Shown here: positions 26,282 through 39,200 of the stretch, piece by piece | Layout: each line of letters opens with the position of its first letter | How positions within the stretch are numbered: position 1 is the stretch's first letter | NCBI RefSeq assembly: GCF_006345805.1 | Contig: NC_042998.1 | Location: 152,768,001-152,832,000, forward strand | Source: Octopus sinensis | Taxonomy: Eukaryota | Direction: 5' to 3' | DNA length: 64,000 nucleotides | The notes under the pieces: model-generated | Seen by the model: the letters and a program-made list of their open reading frames with translations, nothing else | Databases searched by the model: none | Told to the model about the DNA's origin: nothing | Translations under genes and position numbers: made by a program

Positions 26282-26790
26282 TTATTTAGAATGGTTAAAA
26301 GGATTCTCTCAATTTCAATACCATATGACAAAGGAAAGAAATTCTGTCTTCTCTGCAATTCTGAGCTATTTTTCATTATTTGTTTCTAAAAATACTTTAG
26401 TAAACATGGTTATAGAGCGAGAATACAGATGTAAGCATTGGCAAAAACATACATTTAGTGCATATAAGTAGTCTCTATCATTATATATAATTTAAACTTT
26501 AATTTCCTTTATATTTAACATTCACTATTAATATCCCTACTGTTTCTGTTAGCTACTTATGACGTTATATCATATAACATTTTTTTAAACAATATTAATA
26601 GCGTTCTGTCTATCGCTATACAAATCCATCATTTTTTGCTAAAATGTCTTATTGACGAGTTTCGTTGTTTTCACTTTCCTGAGGAGAAGATTGCATTGTT
26701 TATACCATTTATTCTTTTGAATAGTATCAGTGGAATTTTCGAAACATGTGTTGAAAGTAAAAATATTTGATTACACCTGCGTTAACTCCA
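26270..26790 (+). mobile_element. Penelope-like element 3' end / pLTR
   Basis: ILSISIPYDKGKKFCLLCNSELFFII then (frameshift) NTLVNMVIEREYRCKHWQKHTF* is the typical GIY-YIG C-terminal tail. A hammerhead follows about 200 nt after the stop. Confidence 0.8.
26668..26763 (+). ncRNA. Type I hammerhead ribozyme with a complete core; predicted cleavage after GUU at 26752
   Basis: Helix I ACTTTC 26673-78 with GAAAGT 26753-58 (extends 4 more bp past one mismatch). CTGAGGA 26679-85. Helix II GAAGATT 26686-92 with AATTTTC 26734-40. GAAA 26741-44. Helix III AC-ATGT-GT is palindromic. Confidence 0.8.
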
Positions 26791-27255
26791 TTTTTTTATT
26801 CATATATATATATATATGTATATACATACATACATATATATATATATATGTATACAAATGTACATGCATTTAAACATATAAAACATACAGTTAGACTATG
26901 GTTTTTTGTATATACATCCTCTTAATACAAACAAGTTCGAGTGTAATATCCAAATGAATATTTTTTCTTTTTGTCAAAGTTGAAGTTAAAATTATACTTA
27001 TATTTGTATTTATATCCATCTAAATAATATAATATCGTAGAATAATTAAATAAAATTTTTTTTTCAAAAAATAAAGCTTTTGATTATGTATGATAGATAT
27101 GTCACAATATCTATGCTTTATGTTATATTAATATTTTAGAGTTTCAATATTATTGGGGGTTACATACAAACACATACAAGTACATATAGAATATACACAT
27201 ATGTACACACATATCAACACACATTTGTATGTACATATAACCACACAGGTACAAG

Positions 27256-29365
27256 AATGAAAACAGGGAAAGCCCCAGGCCCATCAGGAATTACTGCAGA
27301 GATGCTCAAAATATCTGGTAGTGTCGGCTATAGCCTAGTCACCCGTATAGTTAACCAGGTGATACATGAAGGAGTCATACCCAATGACTGGTACAGCAGC
27401 ATAATAGTCAACTGCTACAAAGGTAAAGGTGACGCCCTAGATACAAATAACTACAGGGGTATCAAGCTGTTGGATCAGGTAATGAAGGTTACGGAGAGGG
27501 TCATAGCCCAACTAATTAGAGAGAGAGTTAGTTTAGATGAGATGCAGTTTGGGTTCGTGCCAGGGAAAAGTACTACTGATGCTATATTCCTGGTAAGACA
27601 GCTGCAGGACAAATACCTAGCCAAAGACAAGCCCCTGTACCTGGCTTTTGTTGACATGCAGAAAGCGTTCGACAGGGTGCCCCGATCCCTTATCTGGTGG
27701 TCAATGAGGAAACTAGGGATAGATGAATGGTTAGTGAGAGCTGTGTGAGCCATGTACAGAGACGCTGCAAGTCAGGTGAGGGTTGGTAACGAGTACAGTG
27801 AAGAATTCCGGGTAGAGGTTGGGGTCCACCAAGGTTCAGTCCTCAGTCCCCTCCTATTTATCATAATCCTCCAGGCAATAACGGAGGAATTCAAGACAGG
27901 ATGCCCCTGGGAGCTCCTCTATGATGATGACCTTGCTCTAATTGCTGATTCACTATCAGAACTGGAGGAGAAGTTTCAGGTGTGGAAGCAAGGATTAGAA
28001 TCGAAGCCCTTAGAATCAACCTAGCCAAAACCAAAGTCTTAATAAGTAGGAAGGTAGACAAATCACAAACGCCTTCAGGTTGATGTAGGAAAATAGTTTT
28101 TGTATGTGGCAGATGCTCAGGAGCAATAAACACTGAAAATGTGCAGAGACCAACTTCTACCACGTTCCGGGGAGAAAAACTAGAAGTAGTTGATAGCTTC
28201 CGCTACCTAGGTGACCAAGTCAGTAGCAGGGGTGGGAGTGCTGAAAGTTTAACTGCTAGAGTAAGAATAGCCTGGGCAAAGTTCAGAGAGCTCTTACCCC
28301 TGCTGGTGACAAAAGGCCTCTCGCTCAGAGTAAAAGGCAGACTGTATGATGCATGTGTACAAACAGCCATGCTACATGGTAGTGAAACATGGGCTGTGAC
28401 TGCTGAGGATATGAGTAAGCTCGCAAGAAATGAAGCCAGTATGCTCTGATGGATGTGTAATGTCAGTGTTCATGATCAACAGAGTGTAAGTACCTTGAGA
28501 GAAAAGTTGGACCTAAGAAGCATCAGTTGTGGTGTGCAAGAGAGATGTTTGCGCGGGTATGGTCATGTGACGAGAATGGCTGAAGATAGTTGTGTGCAAA
28601 AGTGCCACACCCCAGCAGTTGAGGGAGCCTGTGGAAGAGGCAGACCCAGGAAAACCTGGGACGAGGTGGTGAAGCACGACCTTCGAACTTTAGGTCTCAC
28701 CAAGGAAATGACTAGAGACCGAGACCTATGGAAGTATGCTGTGCGTGAGAAGACCCGGCAAGACTAGTGAGACCATAACCCATGGCCTCTACCTGGTATG
28801 TAGCCAGTCGACTTATACATACCTTTCCTTCTTGGGACACAAAACTCTACTTGAGGCAAGTGAAAATCAAAATCAAACCAAATCAAATCAGATATCAGAA
28901 ATAGCAGAACCAAAATCGAAGTCGATCAACATCAAGTAAGCGAACCATCCGATCGTGGCCGTTGCCAGCGCTGCCCAGACTAGCCTCTGTGCCGGTGGCA
29001 CGTAAAATGCACCATCCGTTCGTGGCCGTTGCCAGCCTCGCCTGGCCCCCGTGCCGGTGGCACGTATAAAGCACCATCTTTCGTGGCCATTGCCAGCCTC
29101 GCCTGGCCTCCGTGCCGGTGGCACGTAAAAAGCACCATTTGAGCGTGGCCGTTTGCCAGCTCCGTCTGGCACCTGTGCGGGTGACACGTAAAAAGCACCC
29201 ACTACACTCACGGAGTGGTTGGCTTTAGGAAGGGCATCCAGCTGTAGAAACACTGCCAGATCAGACTGGGCCTGATGCAGCCTTCTGGCTTCACAGACCC
29301 CAGTTGAACCGTCCAACCCATGCTAGCATGGAAAGCGGACGCTAAATGATGATGATGATGATGAT
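27256..29365 (+). mobile_element. RTE LINE copy, 5'-truncated, with an internal deletion and a 4-unit 3' array
   Basis: Close paralog of 1-3331. YDDD replaces YADD. The Cys-rich segment is deleted at about 28083. (GAT)n tail at 29347-29364. Confidence 0.95.
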
Positions 29366-29740
29366 AATGATTACATAGAAAAATGCAAGCAAGAGAAATA
29401 ATATTCTTAAGATTATAAACATGGAAAAGGACAGGACAAGTTATTACATTTGGTAAAGTACAGAACAAGAAAATTTTTACTTAAAATATTGCAGCTAAGG
29501 ATAAAATTTCAAATAAAATATTTAGATTTAGAAAATATTAGCTTTTATTAAAACTAAAAATTTTATTACAAGTTATTACTTCTATTTGTTATCACTTGTT
29601 ACTTCTATTAAAAATAATAAATAACTCCATTAAAATATTTTTTGCACTTAAAAAAAATTCATTTTTTTAATTATTAATTAATAATTAGAAACTTGAAAAT
29701 AGGTTATAAAAAATAATAGCAATACATAATTCGTACAATA

Positions 29741-30216
29741 AATATATATATAATTCTATAGTTCCTCTTATCGATGTCTCAGATAAATTTCAGCCTCACG
29801 TCTCGTGTTAAATATATATATAATTCTATAGTTCCTCTTATCGATGTCTCAGATAAATTTCAGCCTCACGTCTCGTGTTAAATATATATATAATTCTATA
29901 GTTCCTCTTATCGATGTCTCAGATAAATTTCAGCCTCACGTCTCGTGTTAAATATATATATAATTCTATAGTTCCTCTTATCGATGTCTCAGATAAATTG
30001 CAGCCTCAAGTCTCGTGTTAAATATATATATAATTCTATAGTTCCTCTTATCGATGTCTCAGATAAATTGCAGCCTCACGTCTCGTGTTAAATATATATA
30101 ATTCTATAGTTCCTCTCAATTATCGATGTCTCAGATAAATTTCAGCATCACGTCTCATGTTAAATATATATATATAATTCTATAGTTCCTCTCAATTATC
30201 GATGTCTCAGATAAAT
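29741..30216. repeat. 70-bp minisatellite, about 6.7 near-identical copies
   Basis: AATATATATATAATTCTATAGTTCCTCTTATCGATGTCTCAGATAAATTTCAGCCTCACGTCTCGTGTTA at 29741, 29811, 29881, 29951, 30021 and 30091. Confidence 0.95.
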
Positions 30217-32908
30217 GCAAATGATCTTATGGTTTGCAACACTAACTTCAAGAAACCTACCAGCCACCTAGTCACCTACCGATCGGGCCGACATACTAGC
30301 CAAATCGACTACATCCTTGCCAGAAAAAGGGAAAGATGGCTGCTTATAAATGCCAAAACCTTCCCAGGCGAAGAATGTACCCTGCAACATAGACTGGTAG
30401 TTAGTGACTTTAGGATCAGGACTAAGAGGACGACCAACATGTAGAAGAAGGGTCTGGAAGCTTAAAGATCCTGTGAATGGACAGAGATTTAGAGACATAT
30501 TACTTGAAGCCTATGACGAAATAGAAGGGGATATAGCTTCACATGGGGTAGAAGATAACTGGAGGTTTCTAAGGGACAACCTGCTGAGAGCCACTGAACA
30601 GATCTGTGGTTGGTGCAAAGTCCCCTCAAGACCCAAAATAATGTGATGGTGGAACAATGTTGTTGACAGGGCTATTAGACAAAAGAAACAGGCTTGAAAG
30701 GACTGGAAGAATGGTGGTAGCAGGGAAGTGTATCAGACTGCCAGAAGGGAAGCTAGGAGGCAGGTGTATTTAGCCAGAGGGGAAGCAGATAAGAAAAAAT
30801 TTGCCAATGTTCTGCGCCGTGAGGATGAAAGACTTGAGGTATTTCATGTTGGAAGACAGTGTGTGAGAGAGAATCGTGATGTGGTAGGAGAGAAATGTGT
30901 TTGGATGGATGATGGTTCACTTACACTAAATGAGGATGCAAAGAGAGAGGTTTGGAGATGCCACTATGAAAGGTTGCTGAATAAAGAAAATGAATGGGAT
31001 AAAGTGAGTCTGCCGAATGTTGACCCAACAGAGGGACCAGCTATCTGAGTTGACAGTTCCTTGGTAGTTATGGCAATTAGAAGCATGAAGACAGGGAAAG
31101 CCCCAGACCCATCAGGAATTACTGCAGAGATGCTCAAAATATCTGGTAGTGTTGGCTATAGCCTAGTCACCCGTATAGTTAACCAGGTGATACACGAAGG
31201 AGTCATTCCCAATGACTGGTGTAGCAGCATAATAGTCAACTGCTACAAAGGTAAAGGTGACGTCCTAGATACAAATAACTACAGGAGTATCAAGCTGTTG
31301 GATCAGGTAATGAAGGTTACGAAGAGGGTCATAGCCAAACTAATTAGAGAGAGAGTTAGTTTAGATGAGATGCAGTTTGGGTTCGTGCCAGGGAAAAGTA
31401 CTACTGATGCTATATTCCTGGTAAGACAGCTGCAGGACAAATACCTAGCCAAAGATAAGCCCCTGTACCTAGCTTTTGTTGACATGGAGAAAGCCTTTGA
31501 CAGGGTCCTCCGATCTCTTATCTGGTGGTCAATGAGGAAACTAGGGATAGATGAATGGTTAGTGAGAGCTGTGCAAGCCATGTACAGGGATGCTGCTAGT
31601 AAGGTGTGGGTTGGCAACGAGTACAGTGAGGAATTCAGGGGAGACGTAGGGGTCCACCAAGGTTCAGTCCTCAGTCCCCTCCTATTTATCATAGTCCTCC
31701 AGGCAATAACGGAGGAATTCAAGACAGGATGCCCCTGGGAGCTCCTCTATGCTGATGACCTTGCTCTAATTGCTGATTCACTATCAGAACTGGAGAAGTT
31801 TCAGGTGTGGAAGCAAGGATTAGAATCGAAGGGCCTTAGAGTCAACCTAGCTAAAACCAAAGTCCTAATAAGTAGGAAGGTAGACAAATCACAAACGCCT
31901 TCAGGTAGATGGCCCTGCTCGATCTGTAGAAAAGGCGTAGGTAGAAACTCAATAAGATGCACCAAGTGTAAGCTATGGATACATAAGAGGTGCAGTAATG
32001 TCAAAGGAAGGCTAACTAGGAAAATAGTTTTTGTATGTGGCAGATGCTCAGGAGCAATAAACACTGAAAATGTGCAGAGACCAACTTCCACCACATTCCA
32101 GGGAGAAAATACTAGAAATAGTTAATAGCTTCCATTACCTAGGTGACCAAGTCAGTAGCGGGAGTGAGTGTGCTGAAAGTTTAACTGCTAGAGTAAGAAT
32201 AGCCTGGGCAAAGTTCAGAGAGCTCTTACCCCTGCTGGTGACAAAAGGCCTCTCGCTCAGAGTAAAAGGCAGACTGTATGATGCATGTGTACGAACAGCC
32301 ATGCTACATGGTAGTGAAACATGGGCCGTGACTACTGAGGATATGTGTAAGCTTGCAAGAAATGAAGCCAGGATGCTCCGATGGATGTGTAATGTCAGTG
32401 TTCATATTCAACAGAGTGTAAGTACCTTGAGAGAAAAGTTGGACCTAAGAAGCATCAGTTGTGGTGTGCAAGAGAGACGTTTGCGCTGGTATGGTCATGT
32501 GACAAGAATGGCTGAAGATAGTTGTGTGAAAAAGTACCACACCCTAGCAGTTGAGGGAGCCTGTGGAAGAGGTAGATCCAGGAAAACCTGGGACGAGGTG
32601 GTGAAGCACGACCTTCGAATTTTTGGTCTTACTGAGGAAATGACTAGAGACCGAGACCGATGGAAGTATGCTGTGCGTGAGAAGACCCAGCAGGACAAGT
32701 GAGACCATAACCCATGGTCTCTACCTGGGATGTAGCCAGTCCACTTATACATACTTTTTCTTTTTGGGACACAAAACTCTATCTGTGAAGACTTGTTGAG
32801 GCAAGTGAGAATCAGAATCAAAATTGAAATCGATCAACATCAATGGAAATTGTAGCTGTGATACCAGTGCCAGTGGCATGTAAGCGAACCATCCGATCGT
32901 GGCCGTTG
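30210..32908 (+). mobile_element. RTE LINE copy from the C-terminal part of the APE domain through RT; 3' tail replaced by a fold-back
   Basis: VCNTNFKK...TSQIDYIL (APE end) and ORF 31061..32125 with LYADD. Stops and frameshifts are present. Confidence 0.95.
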
Positions 32909-32937
32909 TCAGCCTCGCCTGGCCCCCGTGCTTGTGG

Positions 32938-33160
32938 CAACGGCCACGTTTGGATGGTTCGCTTACATGCCACCGGCACTGGTATCACAGCTACTATTTC
33001 CTCCGTTTTTGCCTGGAGGACTATGATAAATAGGAGGGGGCTGAGGACTGAACCATGGTGGACCCCTACCTCTACCCGGAATTCTTCATTGTACTTGTTG
33101 CCAACCCTCACCTTACTAGCAGCGTCCCTGTACATGGCTCGCACAGCTCTCACTAACCAT
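32938..33160 (-). mobile_element. Inverted chimeric RTE piece (RT segment fused directly to the 3' UTR)
   Basis: ORF 32818..33153: AMYRDAASKVRVG...GSVLSPLLFIIVLQAKTEE joined to 3' UTR sequence at about 33000. Confidence 0.85.
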
Positions 33161-33384
33161 GGGGTTGTATGTGGTATGTCCCACTATTGCCACTGCCACC
33201 ACCATTTTCTAACTCTATAGTATTTGTTACTTCTAAATCTAAAACATTGTAAGAAGTTAACATGACATTGAAAAAATATTCACAAAAGAAAATACCTGTA
33301 ATTAAATTACTGTCACCATTATAGGTGGAAAATGGATCAACCAACAATATTTTTCATAAACATAAAGAAATCGACTTATTTAGA

Positions 33385-34021
33385 ACTAGCAGTATCGCCC
33401 GGCGTTGCTCGGGTTTGTAAGGGAAATAACTATATAAGCATTTTTAGAGAGTTATAGCCAAAAAATAGCAAAAAATGCATTAAAAATGGAAAAAATATGA
33501 TGGTAAATTTTTTTTAAAATCGTTGGCTCATCGTAGACATTTTTAGAGAGTTACTTCCCTTATATAATAGCGAAAAAATGCATTAAAATGGAAAAAAAAA
33601 CGATGGTAAATTTTTTTTTAAATCGTAGACTCATGTAGACGCTTTCTTAGCCATTTCTGTTTTGGTGTCTTCAAGCCATGAAGTCGTTCTAAAAGAACAC
33701 TGGTCTCCTTGACAACGCATTACGACGTTGATTTCCTTACACTCCCTTCCCCACAGGTGCAGGTGTGAGCGTGGACGCCAACTCCGCCGCCATCGACACA
33801 CGAAAAATTATGCATTAAAATGGAATAAAAAATGATGTTAAATTATTTTTAAAATCGTAGACTCATCGTAGACGCGCGCTAATATTCAGACGGGCTCGAT
33901 ATGAATTACAACTATAAGTTACCCGAATTTGGTTAAACTGTACCACAAAATGTGGGAGTAGTTAGGAATCTAAATCGAAGGGGGCAGACACTCACACAAC
34001 TACAGTTTTATATATATAGAT
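33385..34021 (+). mobile_element. Non-autonomous Helitron/Helentron-like element
   Basis: 5' ACTAGCAGTATCGCCCGGCGTTGCTCGGG with a short inverted repeat, 3' CAGACACTCACACAACTACAGTTTTATATATATAGAT, no TSD seen. Paralog at 39593. Confidence 0.55.
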
Positions 34022-34069
34022 ATACATAGCGCAGTAGTGGTGAGATATGACAGCAAAGAAAAGCATACA

Positions 34070-34400
34070 TTCACTCTCTGCATGCAATTAGACTCGGAAA
34101 GTTCGTGAGGAACCCATTGACCCAATTTGCTGACTTTTCCAATAGCACACAGGTGTCAATGAATGGTTGAATGACCAAATCCAAGCTTCTCTGCTAGTTC
34201 CTCAACAGTTACGATGATATTTTGTTCCACCAGGGTTTTCAGGATGTCCTTGTCGAGTTCTACAGATCTTTCAGGATGAGGCTCGTCTTCTAGGCTGTAG
34301 TTTATGGCTCGGGATTTCTGGAACCACCGTTGACACTGCCTTACGCTTATTGTCCAATCCCCATATACTGCATTAATATTTCTTGTACTTTGCACACATT
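34070..34400 (-). mobile_element. Mariner transposase N-terminal (HTH) fragment
   Basis: ORF 34156..34458: RNINAVYG..TISVRQCQRWFQK...LEDEPHPERS...EELAEKLGFGHSTIH. Confidence 0.8.
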
Positions 34401-34459
34401 TATATTCTGTTATTCTTTTATATGTTTCAGCCTTGAGGTTGTGGCCATGCTGGATCATG

Positions 34460-34640
34460 TGTGTGTGTGTGTGTGTCTATCTGTCTGTCTGTCTGTATGT
34501 ATATATGTATATGTATGTGTGTGAACAATAATATTTTCAACAGATGTGTTGCAAATGTATCTGATTGTTCTCAAGCTTCAATACTGTGTGTGTGTGTATG
34601 TGTGTGTGTGTATGTATGTATGTATATGTATGTATGTATG

Positions 34641-34671
<31 letters not shown>

Positions 34672-34760
34672 GTGTATGTATGTATGTGTGTGTATGTATG
34701 TGTGTGTGTATGTGTGTGTGTGTGTATGTATGTATGTGTGTGTATGTATGTGTGTGTGTA

Positions 34761-34791
<31 letters not shown>

Positions 34792-34810
34792 ATGTATGTA
34801 TGAGTGTATG
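34460..34810. repeat. (TG)n/(TATG)n microsatellite
   Basis: Directly visible. Confidence 0.95.
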
Positions 34811-35238
34811 TTTACTTTATTACTAATTACTCTCTTCCAAGAACATTTTCACTCACTCTTAGCTCTTAGCTTCCCATACATTTTACTCATGTATCTATCA
34901 GCGTCATAGACAGAATACTTTCACTTTAGTCTTCCTCAAATCACTCTGTCGCTATTTACTTTCATTTTATTCGTTGCCCACTGTGTGTGTGCGTTTGCGT
35001 GTGGTGTAAACCAGACTAAGAAAAGCATTTGACACACACACCAGAATGTGAGTTTTCTGTAAATTTTGCTTAATTGGAGTTTAAATTTTAAAAACTGGAC
35101 CTGGCATGACGCGATGCATTGTACTCTTAAAATTGCTAGGTAAATTGTAATTGAAGAAATCCTATATTGTAGATTTGTATAACTCCCAAAGGGAGGCAGA
35201 TAAAATCTGCCTTTTATAATAAGAGATGAAATACTCAC

Positions 35239-35318
35239 AATTTCCTGCAGCAGACAAAAAGAACGCTGAATATCTATCAGTGTTGATGAATCAAGTTCTA
35301 ACTCTTTTCTCAGCTCTG
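35239..35318 (-). CDS. Host-gene exon B (80 nt, phase 1 to 0): (A)ELRKELELDSSTLIDIQRSFCLLQEI
   Basis: Acceptor TTTTATCTTTTATCTTCAG, donor ATT|GTGAGT. ELRKELELDS resembles ASK-family KLKLELDFDS. Confidence 0.85.
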
Positions 35319-35343
35319 CTGAAGATAAAAGATAAAATGAAAC

Positions 35344-35398
<55 letters not shown>

Positions 35399-36243
35399 AT
35401 TTCTTATTTTGCACAAGCATTTTTTAATAAATTGTTTAGGGGTACACACACACAAAAAAATTTGAAATAAATAATTCTAAAGGCAATTTCTAGCTTTGCA
35501 CAACAGTAGTTTTGGAGTAATAACACAACAATAAAAACTAGAGTTAAATTCACAGACAAAATTAATTTACATTACAGAGTATTATGTAATTTCCCTCTTA
35601 CATTTATAGCCAAATCTATACAATTGAATAATTTATTCTGGATAGAGCCTGATATATAAATAGTGCAACAAACTAACAAGTTTGGTTATGACAATACTAA
35701 GGCAACCAAAGAAAGGGGAAAATAACATCTCTAATTTATAAGAGCAGTATGCCATCTTTAATATGTTATAAACCCATTGTAATAAACCAATTAACACACA
35801 TTAAGTATACATGTGGGTATATGTGAATGTATATGTGTATAGAGTATGTATATACATACACATATGCATATACACATATATACTTTATAATACAGCTTTG
35901 CAATAAAAGAATGAATAACTGGTTGCTAGAAATCCATATACTTGTAGTCACTGGCATCCACAAGCTCCAATCATGAGGCTGTGTAATCACACAATTTTCC
36001 TCTCATTGGAAATCTTATATAAGTAGTAACAGAAATATAGAGCAAAATAACAAGTAATAAAATGGCAGAACAAGATTTATGTCATTATGTTAATTAGTTT
36101 ATGGCTGATTCAGCTAAGTGAACTTGAAAATAATAAGTATTGAGTGCTGGTGGACATTCTTGAATGTAAGAACTTAAATAAATTGTTATTTGAAAGAACA
36201 AATGCATATGTACATGCACACACACACATATGCACATATGTGT

Positions 36244-36289
<46 letters not shown>

Positions 36290-36294
36290 TACAT

Positions 36295-39200
36295 ATATCA
36301 TCAACATCATCTTTTAATGCGCATTGTCCATGCTGGCATGGGTTGGATGGTTTGACCAGGGCTGGCAAACTGGAAGGCTGCACCAGACTGCAGTCTGATT
36401 TGACATGGTTTATACAGCTGGAAACACTTCCTAATGCCAACCACACCAAGAGCATAATGGGTGCTTTCGTGTTCCACTGGCACAGGTGCCATTTATACAA
36501 CACCACTATCTGCCATGATTGTGATTTTACTAGGTTTAATGGGTCTACTTTTCAAGCACATCATAATGTCAAAGGTCTTGGTCATTTGTCATTGCCTCTG
36601 TGAGGCCCAACACTTGAAAGGAGTTTTTCACGTGCCACTGGCATCAGCCACTTTGCCTCCATGAGGCCCAATGCTTGAAAGGTGCTTTTTACATGCCAGT
36701 AATGTGACACCAGTATCAGCCATGACTATGATTTCACTTGGCTTGACGGGTCTTCTCAAGCACAGCATATCGTCAACGGTCTCAGTCACTTATCACCTCC
36801 ATAAGGCCCAATGTTCGAAGATCATGCTTCACCACTTTGTCTTATGTCTTCTTGAGTTTATCTCAAGTTCCCTCCACAGTTGGAGATTGGCACTTCTTTA
36901 CACATCTGCCTCGTCCATATGTATCACATGACGATACAAGCACAGTCGTCTCTCTTGCACACCATATCAGATGCCTCTTATGCACAACTTTTCTCTCAAG
37001 ATGCTTACACTCTGTCGAACATGCACACTGACATTGCACATCCAGTGAAGCATACTGGCTTCATTTCTTTCAAGCTTATGCATGTCCTTGGCTGTCACAG
37101 CCCATGTTTCATTACCATGTAGCATAGCTGTTTGCACACAGGTATCATACAATCTGCCTTTCACTCTGAGAGACAAACCCTTTGTTGCCAGTAGAGGTAA
37201 GAGCACTTTGAACTTTGCTCAGCTAATTCTTATTCTCACAGCTACACTCTCGGAGCGTCTACCTCTGAACTAACTTGATCACCTAGGTAACGGAAGCTAT
37301 CTACTACCTCTAGCTTCCCCCCCCCCACGGGTAGTTGATAGAGTCTATTTTCAGCTCATTTTCAGTGTTCATTGTACATGTGCATCTTCCACTCACAAAA
37401 GCTATTTTCCCAGTTAATCTTCCTCTTTTTTCTACTGATTGAGCAGGGCCATCTACATGAAGGGATTTGTGATTTGTCTGCTTTCCTACTTACTATGACT
37501 TTGGTTTTAGCAAGGTTAACTCTAAGGCACTTTGACACTAGACTTTGCTTCTAAATTTGAAATTTCTACTCTAGTTCTGGTAGTGATTCAGTTATAAGAA
37601 CAAGGTCATCAGCATAGAGGAGCTCCCATATTCTTCTGTTATTGCTAGGAAGACTATGATGAACAAGAGAGGGCTGAGGACCAATCTTTGGTGAACTCCT
37701 ACATGAACCCTGAATTCTTTGCTGTATTCACTGCCAATCATCACCTTACTGATCACATCCCTGTATATGACTTGTACAGCTCTCACCGATTACTCATCTA
37801 TCCCTAGTTTCTGCACCAGATAAGGGATCAGAGGACCCAGTCAAAGGCTTTCTCCAAGTCAACAAAAGCCAAGAACAGAGGTTTATATTTAGCTATGTAT
37901 TTCTCCTGCAGCAGCCTTACCAGAAATATAGCATCAGTGGTGCTTCTCCCTGGTACAAAAGAAAATTGCATCTCATCGAGAATAACTCTCTCCTTAATTA
38001 GTTGGGCTATGACTCCCTCCATAACTTTCATCACCTGATCCAACAATTTGATACCTCTATCATCTTTATCTATGTAGCAGTTGACTATGGTGCTACTACA
38101 CCAGTCATTGGGTGAACTTTTGTGAACTACCCAATTTACAATACAGGTGACTAGACCATAACCCACACCGCCAGATATTTTCAGCATCTCAGCGGTGATT
38201 CCTGATGGGCGGGGGGGGGGCTTCCCTGTCTTCATATCCTTAATTGCTTTATCTACCAATGTACTCTCAATTTGGGAAGCTGGTCCCTCAATTGGGTCAA
38301 CATTTGGCAGACTCTCCTCCTCCCATTCATTCTCTTCATTTAGCAGCCATTTATAGTGGGATTTCCAAGCCTCTTTCTTTGCAGAATCATTAAATGCAAG
38401 TGCACCATCATTCATGGGAACACATTTTTTCCCTAGGACATCACAATTCTTTCTCACACACTATCTTGCAATCCGAAACACTTTAACTCTTTGGTCCTCA
38501 AGTCACTGAACATAGGCAAACTTCTTCTTTTCTGCTTCTCCCTTGGCTAGATATATCCATCTCCTAGCTTCCCTTCTGGCTATCTGATACGATTTCCTGC
38601 TACCCCCACTCTTCCAGGCCTGTTTCTTTGCTCTAATGGCCTTGTCTACAGTGTCGTTCCACTACCACATTACCCTAGGTCTGGATGGGACTTTGCACCA
38701 GCTGTGGATGAGGTCTCTGGCACTCTTCAAGCTGTCTCACAGGAATTCCCAGTTGCCTTCTATGTCACAAGTCTGTAGTTCCTCCTCCTTCTCATCAAAT
38801 TTTGCAATTAGGATGTCCCTAAATCTCTGACCATATGAAGGGTCCTTAAGGTTCCAAATTCTTCTTTTCCAGATTAGTCTGCTTCTTGGCATCCTGCTGG
38901 TCTGGAGTCTAAAGTCACTAGTCTATGCTGGGGGTTACATTCTTCACAAGAGAGGGTCTTTGTATATAGGAGCAACCATGCATCCTACTGTCTGGCGGGA
39001 ATGTAATTGATCTGGCTAGTATAGTCACCTGACTGGTATGTTATCAGGTGGCTGGTTGGCTTCCTGAAGATAGTATTGCAGATCAATAGGCCATTCAGAT
39101 CATAGAACTCTAAAACTCCAGGAGCCTTGTTACTTCTTCATTTTGGGAACCAATTCCATGGCCTCCATGTACACATGGAAGATACCGGGCTGCTGTCTGA

